A DNA stretch of 64,000 nucleotides from Candidatus Spongiisociaceae bacterium (GCA_965202665.1 OZ241841.1:896001-960000); one strand, 5' to 3'. Numbered from the stretch's first letter, positions 19,101 to 28,334 are shown. Notes: generated by a model not told the origin, from the sequence alone. Numbers and translations are program-made.

Positions 19101-19682
19101 CGGACTAGCGATGTCGTTGTATTTCTCGTTGTTGAAGGCCCCGGGGCCCGGCGTGGCGTTGGACAGGAAAGCGTCCAGCAGGGCGGCCATGGAAGCGCGG
19201 GTAACCGCGGAGTTGGGGGCGAACGAGGTATCGGTAACGCCGGGCATTATTCCCGCCGCCGCCAAGCCGTTCACCGCGTTGCGGGCCGACTCGGACAAAC
19301 CGCCTATATCGGTAAATCCCTGGTCTTCGGCCGGGTTGGCCAACACGATCCCCGCCGGGCCCGCCGCCCGGGCCATAAACAGGGCCATCTGCCACCGGCT
19401 CACCGTCTCCCGCGGCGCGAATGAAACGGCGGTGCGTCCCTGCGTTACGCCGTAATGGGCCAAGCAGTTGATGGCGTCCTCGGATCTCAGGCCCGCCGCG
19501 TCTTCGAACCCGGCGGAGTCGAGCGCCGCCCCCACGCAAGCCGAATACACGGCCCGGTTGTCGGGTTCTTCGCTGTCGGGATGGGAACCCGACGCCCGGT
19601 CCGCCCCCGCTCCCAGCAAGCCGGCTACCAAACCCAACAACACCAGAGCCTCCAACCAACCTTTGCGCGCCTTCACAGCCAT
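16104..19682 (-). CDS. Large secreted surface protein: signal peptide, three SLH-like repeats, Ig-like middle region, C-terminal FG-GAP-like beta-propeller
   Basis: FAPRETVSRWQMALFMARA, FAPNSAVTRASMA and FGPDGLVTRAQMASF; FGYDAAISDDGSVIAVG and FGSSVDVSGDG blades. Confidence 0.8.
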   Translation of the reverse strand: MAVKARKGWLEALVLLGLVAGLLGAGADRASGSHPDSEEPDNRAVYSACVGAALDSAGFEDAAGLRSEDAINCLAHYGVTQGRTAVSFAPRETVSRWQMALFMARAAGPAGIVLANPAEDQGFTDIGGLSESARNAVNGLAAAGIMPGVTDTSFAPNSAVTRASMAALLDAFLSNATPGPGAFNNEKYNDIASPNIGRIFTDIGGVAVGAHNAIGRIYEMGVAEGFGDHEFGPDGLVTRAQMASFITRALAHTVARPAGVSIQVDKVELGQQNANLVVSLRDASFQPLASRKIDAFSSTDPDGAFDGDGTCATRGDGSPEAASGGGPDTCEIDFGDLRTGASGDVTGLLIELKEASRTVWAWTGDVGAAFDSEDTAAAMVSISYAKPAVKAILTDNLRDNQSMIGLGDSVTFTLQMSDEDDDPVAESGYKVNISVTITGVDGGSSASGLIYTTDEDGKVELTFTQVGTSAPNETAKVTLGFGAVTGNSAPEGGWTVTDKATNKMVAADAMIPDPEDTDPADGQDMIADPDAGKFIARWSEAQAKASTLQLENTASFIMASDEGGGATSRLVATVTDQYGAGVRGATIQFRSDDPHGLGALPLPSGETAGGAVALSLAGDCAVPSDKDDSKVLPDGHFDDCWTGEPRNNRRTTNSAGVARFSYDRDRADGGVEMLWATYDNGLSGDDAISLASERVYQYWAEEADGPVFGRIVEADPDNGQILINGYGGPLPLLVKYDRNDQLLSLEGPDMFSDFEKQLGRADDASPPTHVLVGSYASRADGVSKITLQRRSTTPSADIVDGMGYEAAVDASDGGVIVMGDGGANAVWVFDGPGDAEPQKLTEDGAGKFGYDAAISDDGSVIAVGDPGAEVDGVAGNGKVYVYTRSGDTYSRVAVLTDADAGPGQTGSSSAPRDFGSSVDVSGDGGVIVGLAAADTRTGDGKVFVKPSGGWTDSAEPDATVDCRDAVSGSRGVSISDEGTVIVCGATGSSSEAGGVLVAQAASTGWDTTALTATVLLEVSGDDVLTGARRLGNGVKVSGDGKVIAVPGADRISNSVDNQREVIYVFTQPDSGTWAAASTGYATLTMDGLLSGATVPAGSFPSEEGGGQHFAEWVDINTDGSEVLTGRYLRPGNDLRGSLALFKKAADANTYSVDREYIGDSPNRGFGRFGSFAGDGKIVGVDRFGGRITSLDR

Positions 19683-19787
19683 GTTGATCCTTTGTTCCCT
19701 CTTTCCAGATTCCGACCGGGGTGGACTCTCTCCGGAGCGGGCGCTCCGTCAAATCTTCCGAAACCGGGCATCAGCCCATGCCGGCTA

Positions 19788-19815
19788 ATGTTACCCCGCC
19801 TCTTTTCCGTGTCAA
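19788..19815 (-). promoter_or_regulatory. Putative sigma70 promoter of the surface-protein gene
   Basis: TTGACA-16 nt-TAACAT on the minus strand. Confidence 0.5.
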
Positions 19816-19998
19816 AATATCGCCGACGGCGCGTCGCCGGGCGGCGGGTTGCCGTTGTCAGAAGCGAAAGCGGTTGGCGGGCCGTCATCGGTGGGCGCCG
19901 GGGCGGGCCGGCGGGGGGATTCTCCCGGTGAGCCGGGTTACAATCAGGCGGGCGCGGCGACGAACCGCCGTCCGCGAACAGCGACCGGGAGGGGTTTT

Positions 19999-20793
19999 TT
20001 GGCTTTGGCGATACCCGATATTTCCCGCAACCTGTTCGATCTGAACGGGTACTGCAGCATCGTCACCGGGGCCGGGCGGGGCATCGGTTTGGCTTTGGCG
20101 CGGGGTTTGGCCCGCTACGGCTCCGACTTGGCGCTGGCGGATGTGAACCGGGACGACCTGGCCGCGGCCTGCGCGGAGATGGAAGAGCTCGGCTCGCGGA
20201 CGACGGCCGTGCATGTCGACGTAACCGACTCCGACGCCCCCGACCGGATAACCGCCGCCGCCTTGGAACTGGGAGGCCGCATCGATGTGCTGATCAACAA
20301 CGCCGGAATAATGGGATACTCCACCATGCTGGACGTCACCGACGAGCAGTGGGACCGAATGTACGGAATCAACCTGCGGGCCCCCATGCGGATTATGAGG
20401 GCGGCGCTGGCGGTGATGACCGAGGCCGGCCGGGGCTCCGTGATCAACATCGGCAGCTCTTGGTCTTCCCGGGCCTCGGTGTTCAACCAGGACGGAGGCG
20501 GGGTGGACTACTGCTCGGCCAAGGCGGCCCTGCAGGCGCTGAGCCGGGCCGCCGCCCAGGATGTCGCCCCCCGCGGCGTGCGGGTGAACGCCATCGCCCC
20601 CGGCGCGGTGGACACCCCCATGCACGCCCATCACCGCGACTACCTGTACGAATATGAACGTTACATCCCGCTGGGCCGCATGCAAAGGGCCGAAGATCTG
20701 GTCGGCCCGGCGGTGTTCCTGGCCTCCGACGCCTCCGCTTTCATCACCGGCCAGACTATTCACGTCAACGGCGGCCTGATAATGGTGGATTAG
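19999..20793 (+). CDS. Short-chain dehydrogenase/reductase
   Basis: TGAGRGIG, NNAG, YCSAK and VNAIAPG; TTG start after GGGAGG (start uncertain). Confidence 0.92.
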   Translation: MALAIPDISRNLFDLNGYCSIVTGAGRGIGLALARGLARYGSDLALADVNRDDLAAACAEMEELGSRTTAVHVDVTDSDAPDRITAAALELGGRIDVLINNAGIMGYSTMLDVTDEQWDRMYGINLRAPMRIMRAALAVMTEAGRGSVINIGSSWSSRASVFNQDGGGVDYCSAKAALQALSRAAAQDVAPRGVRVNAIAPGAVDTPMHAHHRDYLYEYERYIPLGRMQRAEDLVGPAVFLASDASAFITGQTIHVNGGLIMVD

Positions 20794-20841
20794 CCCCGCC
20801 GCCCCCGAAGCGCCCGCTTCCCGGAGAAAGGATCGCCCACA

Positions 20842-21684
20842 ATGTTCACCCGCGCCCAAGTTCTGAAAAGACTGCACGATACGCTGGCCTCCGGCTCCCC
20901 GATTATCGGGGCCGGGGCGGGCGCCGGCATCTCCGCCAAGTTCGCCGAAGCGGGCGGAGCGGACTTGATCCTCATCTACAATTCGGGGCGTTACCGGATG
21001 TCCGGGCACGGCTCCAACGCCGGGCTGATGCCCATCGGGGACGCCAACGCCATCGTCATGGAAATGGGGGAACGGGAGGTGTTGCCGGTGGTGGAAAACA
21101 CGCCGGTGATCGCCGGGGTGAACGGCACCGACCCCACCCGGGTGATGAGCCGGTTTTTGGGACAGGTGGAGGAAATGGGATTTTCGGGGGTGATCAACTT
21201 CCCGTCGGTGGGTTACATCGACGGGCGGTGGCGGCGCAGTTTGGAAGCGACCGGGTTCGGCTACGACAAGGAAGTGGAGATGATCCGGCTGGCCGCGGAG
21301 CGGGGGCTGTTCACTTTGGCCTACGTATACGAGACGCATGAAACCCCGGCCATGGCCGGGGCGGGAGCGGACGTGGTGGTGGCGCATATGGGACTAACCA
21401 CCGGGGGCTCCATCGGCGCCGACCTGTCTTTCACCAAAACTTTGGACGAATGCGCCGCGCAGGCGGCCGCCACTCGGGAGGCGGCGCAGGCCGTCAACCC
21501 GGAGGCGCTGGTGGTGCTGCACGGCGGGCCCCTGGAGACACCGGAGCAGGCGGAACAGGTGATGCGGGAGTCGGGATGCTACGGGTTCATCGGGGCCACC
21601 ACCATGGAACGGTTGCCGGTGGAAATCGCTATTTCGGGCACGGTGCGGGCTTTCAAAGACATACGCGTTCCCGCCTCCGGGTAG
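20842..21684 (+). CDS. Phosphoenolpyruvate-hydrolase-like TIM-barrel protein
   Basis: GAGAGISAKFAEAGGADLILIYNSGRYRM, HMGLTTGG and ERLPVE. Confidence 0.88.
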   Translation: MFTRAQVLKRLHDTLASGSPIIGAGAGAGISAKFAEAGGADLILIYNSGRYRMSGHGSNAGLMPIGDANAIVMEMGEREVLPVVENTPVIAGVNGTDPTRVMSRFLGQVEEMGFSGVINFPSVGYIDGRWRRSLEATGFGYDKEVEMIRLAAERGLFTLAYVYETHETPAMAGAGADVVVAHMGLTTGGSIGADLSFTKTLDECAAQAAATREAAQAVNPEALVVLHGGPLETPEQAEQVMRESGCYGFIGATTMERLPVEIAISGTVRAFKDIRVPASG

Positions 21685-21719
21685 GAGCGGAAACGGACAG
21701 GGCGGCGGGAAGGTCGGGA

Positions 21720-22949
21720 ATGAGCCGGATAACGGTGGCGGGCGCCTTTGACACCAAGGCCGAACCGTTCCGGTTGCTGACGGAACGGCTGCGTTCCCTG
21801 GGGGAGCCGCCCATCACGATCGACGTCGGGGTTTTCAGCGGGGACGGGCCCGGGTGCGACTTTCCTGCGGAGGCCGTGGCGGAAGCGGCCGGCCGTTCCC
21901 TGGCCGAAGTACGGGAGGCGGGGCGGGCGGAGGCGGTTTCGGTTATGGCGGACGGGGCGGCGCGCATCTTCGGCGATCTGGTTGGGGAAAAACGGGCGGG
22001 GGGGCTGGTGTGCATGGGCGGCTCCAACGCGGCGGTGGCCTTCACCCGTCTGGCCGCGCAAGCCCCGATCGGGATGCCCAAAATTCTGATGGCCACGGTG
22101 GTGGCCGGGGAAACCCGTCCCCTGGCCGCCGCCGGGGATGTGATCCTGCTCTACCCGATCGTGGACATAGAAGGCGGCAACTACCTGTTGGCGGAAATGA
22201 TCGACCGTCTGGCCGGAGTGGCGGCCGCCGCGGTGCGCGCCGCCCGGGAGCGGGAGGAAAACGGGAACGGGCGGGAAGCGCGTTCCGGGCGAACGGCGGG
22301 GATGACCATGTACGGGGTGACCAACCGATGCGTGTCCCTTTGCCGGGGTTTGCTGGCGGAGCGGGGATGGGAATCTTTGGTGTTCCACGCCAACGGAACC
22401 GGAGGGCGGTCGCTGGAAACCTTCGCCGCCGGAGGGTTGGTGGGGGCGGTGCTGGACATCACCACCAGCGAGTTGGCGGACGAACTGTGCGGAGGATGGT
22501 GGCCGGCCGGCCCGGACCGCCTAACGGCCGCCGCCCGCCGCGGGGTGCCGCTGGCGGCGGCCCCGGGGGCGATGGACATGATCAACTTCGGCCCGTTGGA
22601 CACCGTACCCGCCCACCTGCGGGACCGCATCCTGCATCAACACAACGAACTGGTAACCCTGGTGCGCACCACGCCCGGGGAAAACTACCGTCTGGGGGCG
22701 GAAACGGCCCGGCGCCTGGGCGACCCGGCCGGTCCGGCGGCCATTTTGGTGCCCACCGGGGGGTTTTCCGCCCTGGACGTCGCCGGAGGGCCTTTCCACG
22801 ACCCGGAGGCTGTGGAAGCCTTCACGGAGGGGGTTCGGTCGGCGAAAGGGCCCGCCGTGTCGTTGCGGGAAGTGAACTGCCATATCAACGACCCCGGCTT
22901 TGCGCGGGCCATGATGGAAGAGGCCCTCCCCTCCCCGGCCTACGATTAG
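21720..22949 (+). CDS. Tm-1-like ATP-binding protein (UPF0261)
   Basis: GAFDTKAE, TMYGVT, VFHANGTGG, PGAMDMINFG and HINDPGFA. Confidence 0.88.
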   Translation: MSRITVAGAFDTKAEPFRLLTERLRSLGEPPITIDVGVFSGDGPGCDFPAEAVAEAAGRSLAEVREAGRAEAVSVMADGAARIFGDLVGEKRAGGLVCMGGSNAAVAFTRLAAQAPIGMPKILMATVVAGETRPLAAAGDVILLYPIVDIEGGNYLLAEMIDRLAGVAAAAVRAAREREENGNGREARSGRTAGMTMYGVTNRCVSLCRGLLAERGWESLVFHANGTGGRSLETFAAGGLVGAVLDITTSELADELCGGWWPAGPDRLTAAARRGVPLAAAPGAMDMINFGPLDTVPAHLRDRILHQHNELVTLVRTTPGENYRLGAETARRLGDPAGPAAILVPTGGFSALDVAGGPFHDPEAVEAFTEGVRSAKGPAVSLREVNCHINDPGFARAMMEEALPSPAYD

Positions 22950-23007
22950 CCTGCCATGGGAACCCCCGAACGGGGCGCCCGACGGGTCATTCAACAAGGA
23001 GCGACGG

Positions 23008-24984
23008 GTGTCGTTTGAAAACCTGCTGCGCCCGGGCCGGATCAACCGGATGCATATGCGCAACCGGATCATCGCCGGACCGCTGGAAAAATCCATGGCC
23101 GACTACGACGGCTCCCTCAACGGGCGCTACATCGCCTATGCGGCGGAGCGGGCGGCGGGCGGGGCGGCCCTGATCACCCTGGAATCCGCCTATGTCTCAC
23201 CGGAGGGACGGGGCAATCCCTATCAGGTGGGGTGCCAAGCCGACCATGTGATCCCCGGGTTGCGGAGAATGGCGGAGGCGGTGCGCGAACACGGGGCCAA
23301 CCTGGCCTTGGAACTCAACCACGGCGGGCGCCAGTCCTCGGCCGCGGTGCATCACCGCCGTCCGTTGGCCCCCTCCCCCATCGGTTCCTCTTTTATGGAC
23401 GCCGGTTCTTTTCCCCGGGAAATGACCGACGCCGATATCAAGCGGGTGGTCGGCGATTTCGCCCGGGCGGCGGAACGTTGCCTGGAGGCGGGAGTGGACA
23501 TGATCCACCTCCACGGGGCGCACGGCTACCTGCTGGGGCAGTTCCTCTCCCCCCGCTCCAACCGCCGCCGGGACGGTTACGGGGGCCCTTTGGAAAACCG
23601 GGCCCGGTTCGCCCTGGAGGTGTTGGCCGCCGTCCGGGAAACGACCGGCCCCGACTACCCGATCGGCTACCGGCTGTCGGCTGCGGAATACGCGGAGGGG
23701 GGCCTGGAGGCGGAGGAAACGGCCCGCTTCTCGGCCCTGTTGGCCGGGGCCGGGATCGACCTGATCGACGTGGCGGGGGGGACCTACGAGTCCATGTCCA
23801 AAATCTTCCAGGGCCCGGAGACGGACAAGGGGGGCTTCGTGGAGGAGGCGGCGGTCATCCGGCGGGCTTTGGAGGGGAGGGTTCCGGTGAGCGTGGCGCA
23901 ACGGATGAACGACCCGGTTTTCGCCGGGGCGGTAATGGAACGGGAGGGGTTCGAATACGTGACGCTGGCCCGCGCCTTCCACGCCGATCCCCATTACGTG
24001 CGCCACTTGCGGGAGGGCGGGCCGGAGGCCATCCTGCCGTGCATCGGGTGCAACGGCTGCGTCAACCTGACGGTGGGCCGCACCCCGGCCGGGTGCGCGG
24101 CCAACCCGCAGTCCGCCTTCGAGGGAGTGCGGGTTTTCCGGCCGACGGCGGGGGGGCGGCGGGCGGTAGTGGCGGGCGGCGGCCCGGCCGGACTGCACGC
24201 CGCCCGGTTCCTGGCGATGTCCGGCCACCGGGTGACCTTGTGGGAGGCATCGGATCGGCTGGGCGGGCAACTGCGTTTTCTGGAGCGGGCGGCGGCCGAA
24301 TACGGCCTGCTGGCCGACTGGCTGGAGCGGGAACTGGCCGAATTGGGAGTGGAGGTGCGTTTGAACGAGCCGGCCTCCGTCGCGGAGATCGCCGCTTTGG
24401 ACCCCGAAGCGGTGGTGGTGGCCACCGGGGCGGAGGGCGGGCGGGCGGCGGCCGACCTGGCGGACGTTTCCCCGCACCTGCCTTTGCTCGACTTATACGA
24501 AGCCCTGGAACGCCCGGCGGGGGAATGGCGGGGGACGGCGGTGATCCTGGGGGGAGGCTTTGCGGAATGCGCGGTGGCCGCCCATCTGCGGAGGCTGGGA
24601 ATATCGGTGGACATCGTGGAGCCGGGCGGGGCGTTGGCCGCCGACGGCGAGTTCAACGGGTTGTTGCTGGCCATGGAACTGAAAGACGACCCGGGAGTGG
24701 AAATCCACTTGGAATCTACCGCCGAAGCCATCGCCGGCAAGCAAGTGCTGGCGCAGAACCGGGGGGAGGAGCTGGCGCTGTCGGCGGACGCGGTGATAAT
24801 CGGCGGACGCATGCCCCGCAACGGCCTGTACGAAGAACTGTTGCGGACCGGACTGCGGGCGGACATTTACGCCATAGGGGACGCGGTCCGCCCCCGCGAT
24901 CTTTATACAGCGGGCCAAGAAGCGGCGCAAGCAGCCGACCGCATCGCCCTAAGCACCGCCCATCGCCCCACCCCCGCCGCCTGA
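23008..24984 (+). CDS. NADH:flavin oxidoreductase (OYE barrel + [4Fe-4S] + FAD/NAD domain)
   Basis: HGAHGYLLGQFLSP, RRDGYGG, CIGCNGC and GGGPAG. Confidence 0.92.
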   Translation: MSFENLLRPGRINRMHMRNRIIAGPLEKSMADYDGSLNGRYIAYAAERAAGGAALITLESAYVSPEGRGNPYQVGCQADHVIPGLRRMAEAVREHGANLALELNHGGRQSSAAVHHRRPLAPSPIGSSFMDAGSFPREMTDADIKRVVGDFARAAERCLEAGVDMIHLHGAHGYLLGQFLSPRSNRRRDGYGGPLENRARFALEVLAAVRETTGPDYPIGYRLSAAEYAEGGLEAEETARFSALLAGAGIDLIDVAGGTYESMSKIFQGPETDKGGFVEEAAVIRRALEGRVPVSVAQRMNDPVFAGAVMEREGFEYVTLARAFHADPHYVRHLREGGPEAILPCIGCNGCVNLTVGRTPAGCAANPQSAFEGVRVFRPTAGGRRAVVAGGGPAGLHAARFLAMSGHRVTLWEASDRLGGQLRFLERAAAEYGLLADWLERELAELGVEVRLNEPASVAEIAALDPEAVVVATGAEGGRAAADLADVSPHLPLLDLYEALERPAGEWRGTAVILGGGFAECAVAAHLRRLGISVDIVEPGGALAADGEFNGLLLAMELKDDPGVEIHLESTAEAIAGKQVLAQNRGEELALSADAVIIGGRMPRNGLYEELLRTGLRADIYAIGDAVRPRDLYTAGQEAAQAADRIALSTAHRPTPAA

Positions 24985-25082
24985 CGCGGGAGACGGCTGG
25001 TCGTAAAAGGTCACAGGCGCCCCCTAAGTTGGGAGGAAAACCTCCGAACGGCGATATCAGCCAACTGGCAAAAGGAGCCCCC

Positions 25083-26681
25083 ATGACCGACAACCCAACC
25101 GGGCATCCGCTAAATCGGCATTTGTTCATCGCCGATAATCTGAACCTTCTCCGTCGGCTGGACAACGAAACGGTGCACCTGGTGTGCATCGATCCGCCGT
25201 TCGCAAAAAGTCAAACTTTCATAGGGGAAATGAAACCGGCCCTCTCCGACGAGGAACGCCGGGAGGAACTGGCGCAACTCGCCTCTTGGGGAATCGCCTC
25301 CCGGCGGGAAGCGGAGCGGGCGGGAATCGAATGGCCGGACAGCGGACGGGGTAAAGCGCAGTATTCGGACGTGTGGTCATGGGAGAAGGACGTGCCCGAG
25401 GACTGGGTGCGCGGTTTTGAAGCCGACTACCCGCAGGTTGCGTCCCTGGTGGAGACCGCCCGGGTGGTGCATTCGGAAAGCCACGCCGCCTACTTGACCT
25501 ATATGGCGGTGCGCTTGGTGGAAATTCGGCGAGTGCTGAAACCAACCGGGTCTCTTTTTATCCACTGCGACGCCACCGCCGACTCCTATCTGCGGTTGCT
25601 GTTGGACGCCATCTTCGGGAAGGACAATTTCCGCAACGGGATAGCCTGGTGTTACACGGGCCCCTCCAACATCAAGCGGTGGTTTCCCCGCAAACACGAC
25701 ACCATCCTGTTCTACGCTAAATCCAAACAGGCCTTTTTTAATCGAGATGCGGTGCGCATTCCCTACAGCGAAAATTTCACTAAACGCCGCGGCTACACCG
25801 AGGGCGAAACGGGAATAACCGCCGGGTACTCCACCGGCCGCACCGCAGAAGAGGTTGCCGAGGAGTTCGGTTCGGGCAAGGTGGCGGAGGATTGGTGGGC
25901 GGACATTCCCGCCGGAGGGCAGATACCGAAATGGGAACTAACCGGATATCCCACGCAAAAACCGGTGAAACTGGCGGAAAGGATCATAAAAGCCGTCACC
26001 CGCCCGGGGGAGGTGGTTTTGGACTGTTTCGCCGGATGCGCCTATGTGCCGGTAGCGGCCGAGTTGAACGGGCGGCAGTGGTTCGCCTGCGACATTTCCC
26101 CGCGAGCCATGACGGTGGTAAAACGACAGTTCAATAAGTTCCGTTTATCCGTAGACGGCGAGCAAGTAATCGACCGCCCGTTGCTGATACCGGACGCCGA
26201 CATCACCGTTGTAGCCCCCAACCGCCTGCCGGCGCGCACCGACCAAGACCCGCCGACCGCCCCGCCCGCCCCTCTAAAACCGCCTGGTAAATTCAAACTG
26301 CCCAGCAGCGACATTCCAGACCAGTTGATGAGGGAATTCTTGTTGAAATTGTCGGACTGGCGGTGTTGGACTTGCGGGTTCGCCAATACGTTGGAAACCT
26401 CCCACGGCCTAGTACGGGACGAATCCGCCGACAACTTCGCGCTGGACCACATTATTCCCAAATCCCAAGACGGGTCGCACCAGCTCCCCAACCGCGCCGC
26501 CGTATGTACCGCTTGCAACTCACGCAAAGCGGGGCGCAACATTTCACTACGGGAGTTCAGAGAAGAAAACGCCCGAGAAGGACGGCTGAGGGTCCCCTCT
26601 ACAGACAACCTGATCGACCTGGGCTGGGCGGAAAACGAAGCCTTGGAATACTTCGTCAACTACCGGATGGGCCAAAGATGA
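25083..26681 (+). CDS. N4/N6 DNA methyltransferase (beta class) fused to a C-terminal HNH domain
   Basis: IDPPF catalytic motif precedes YPTQKP and DCFAG; C-terminal CWTC...DHIIPKSQDGS...N...CTACNSRK; AAGGAG RBS. Confidence 0.88.
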   Translation: MTDNPTGHPLNRHLFIADNLNLLRRLDNETVHLVCIDPPFAKSQTFIGEMKPALSDEERREELAQLASWGIASRREAERAGIEWPDSGRGKAQYSDVWSWEKDVPEDWVRGFEADYPQVASLVETARVVHSESHAAYLTYMAVRLVEIRRVLKPTGSLFIHCDATADSYLRLLLDAIFGKDNFRNGIAWCYTGPSNIKRWFPRKHDTILFYAKSKQAFFNRDAVRIPYSENFTKRRGYTEGETGITAGYSTGRTAEEVAEEFGSGKVAEDWWADIPAGGQIPKWELTGYPTQKPVKLAERIIKAVTRPGEVVLDCFAGCAYVPVAAELNGRQWFACDISPRAMTVVKRQFNKFRLSVDGEQVIDRPLLIPDADITVVAPNRLPARTDQDPPTAPPAPLKPPGKFKLPSSDIPDQLMREFLLKLSDWRCWTCGFANTLETSHGLVRDESADNFALDHIIPKSQDGSHQLPNRAAVCTACNSRKAGRNISLREFREENAREGRLRVPSTDNLIDLGWAENEALEYFVNYRMGQR

Positions 26682-26754
26682 TCCCCGGCGCGGGGTTGCG
26701 GCGGCCCCTTTCCCGCGAGACGGCCAAGGCGGGCCTGGCCCCGCTTGGGGCCGG

Positions 26755-27774
26755 TCAGGCGCGGATGGATTCCACTACCGCCGACCATTGGTCGTCGGTC
26801 ATGTTCTCCAAGTCGGCCCCGAAGGGATAGAGGCCGGCCCGGTCCAACAGGCCCCGGTAGCGGGCCCGCACCGCCGCCCCCAGCTCCTCCAGCGGGGCTT
26901 CCACCGCCACCTCCGACACCGCCTCATCGGGGATGACATCGGCCATCTCCGACCACTCGCCCCGCTTGGACATAGCGGTAAGCGTCGGACCGAAATCCCA
27001 ACCGTGGCACTCCAACATTCCGGCGTAGGCGGGGGTGGAAGCGTAGAAGGCCATCTGCTGCTTTATGCCCCGGCGCGTCTCCGCCATCTCCGCCTCGTCC
27101 CGGCCGGTGACCGCGAACACGGTGGAAGTCATCACTACATCGTCCAAGGTGCGCCCCTCGGATTCGGCCCCTTCCCGCATGGCGGGCAAAGTCACCTCCC
27201 GCAGGTAACGGGGCGAATGGAACGGGTGCACGTGATAACCGTCGCACATCTCCCCGGCCAGGCGGGCCATCAACGGACCCACCCCGGCGATGTAAACGGG
27301 AACATCCGGATGATCGATCGGGCCGGGGTCGAAAAACGGGGTCATCAACGTGTGGGAATAGAACACCCCTTTGAAACGGAGCGGCTCCTTGTTCTGCCAA
27401 GTGTTCCAAATGGCCCGCAGGGCTTCGATGTATTCGGCCAGGCGCATGGCCGGCGAACCCCACGGCATGGAAAAACGGCGCTCGATGTGCGGTTTGATCT
27501 GGGTGCCCAAGCCGAGCAGAAACCGGCCGCCGGTCAGGTAGGCCAAATCCCACGAGGCCTGCGCCACCACCATCGGAGAGCGGGCGAAAGCCACCGCAAT
27601 CGCCGTTCCGTAGTCCAAATCGGGGGCGGCCGCCGCCGAAGCGACCACCGGGAAAAACGGGTTGTGGCTGGTGTCGGCCGTGAACAGCCCGTCAAAGCCG
27701 ATCCGTTGCGCCCAAGCCGCCCGGTCGGCGACCTGATCCAACTTGACGTCCGGCAGGTAGTAATCGACTTTCAC
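26755..27774 (-). CDS. F420-dependent LLM-class oxidoreductase
   Basis: TAIAVAFARSP, LGLGTQIKPHIERRFS and AFYASTPAY. Confidence 0.88.
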   Translation of the reverse strand: MKVDYYLPDVKLDQVADRAAWAQRIGFDGLFTADTSHNPFFPVVASAAAAPDLDYGTAIAVAFARSPMVVAQASWDLAYLTGGRFLLGLGTQIKPHIERRFSMPWGSPAMRLAEYIEALRAIWNTWQNKEPLRFKGVFYSHTLMTPFFDPGPIDHPDVPVYIAGVGPLMARLAGEMCDGYHVHPFHSPRYLREVTLPAMREGAESEGRTLDDVVMTSTVFAVTGRDEAEMAETRRGIKQQMAFYASTPAYAGMLECHGWDFGPTLTAMSKRGEWSEMADVIPDEAVSEVAVEAPLEELGAAVRARYRGLLDRAGLYPFGADLENMTDDQWSAVVESIRA

Positions 27775-27889
27775 GATCAGCCTCCTCGTTGTCCCCTGTT
27801 GTTCCGCCCGTCCATCGAGCCGCCCCCATCATAACGGAGCGGGGGTATAATTTGGCCGGAACCAGACGGAAACCAAAGGAAAGCGAGCC

Positions 27890-28042
27890 GTGAAAAAGAT
27901 TCTGCGAATTTTCACCCTCATCGGAGGTGCGGCGGCGGTGGGATGGATGGCCCGGCGCCGACTGCTCTCCGCCGGGATGGGCCGCGAGCCGGTGCCTCCG
28001 CAACCGGCCCCGGAACCGCCGGCCGCCGCCGAAACGCCCTAA
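27890..28042 (+). CDS. Small (50 aa) membrane-anchored Pro-rich protein
   Basis: Manual translation MKKILRIFTLIGGAAAVGWMARRRLL...PVPPQPAPEPPAAAETP; AAGGAAAG RBS; TATAAT at 27846-27851. Below the ORF-track cut-off. Confidence 0.65.
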   Translation: MKKILRIFTLIGGAAAVGWMARRRLLSAGMGREPVPPQPAPEPPAAAETP

Positions 28043-28233
28043 CCGGCCCCTTCCGATGCGACCCGCCCGCGCACGCGCGGGAAGCGGGTGGGGGCGTGAT
28101 GGTTGCAGAAGTCCCGCCGGTTGTAGACGGACAGTTTGGTGGAGCAACCGCGGTAAGCGCACACCCGCCCCGCTTTGTAGGTGCGGGGACGGCTCACCCG
28201 CTCCGGTTGTGACCCTTTGATGATTTCGACCAT
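28039..28233 (-). CDS. Small basic protein with a putative Zn finger
   Basis: C-x4-C-x12-C-x2-H pattern (CAYRGC...FCNHH); AAGGAG RBS. Confidence 0.7.
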   Translation of the reverse strand: MVEIIKGSQPERVSRPRTYKAGRVCAYRGCSTKLSVYNRRDFCNHHAPTRFPRVRGRVASEGAG

Positions 28234-28334
28234 GAAATTTCTCCTTATGACGGAGTCGAATCAGTTTCACTAAGTAGAACCCCTCCGCCCCTCTTTTTAT
28301 TCCACAGGGAGTCGCTTCCCCCCGGTCCCCTTTC

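Noticed and set aside
23232-25082. 1149-aa ORF suggesting a giant N-terminal extension on the methyltransferase
   Set aside because: The first ~617 codons are an Arg/Gly-rich shadow frame of the flavin oxidoreductase; the real start is ATG 25083 with an AAGGAG RBS.
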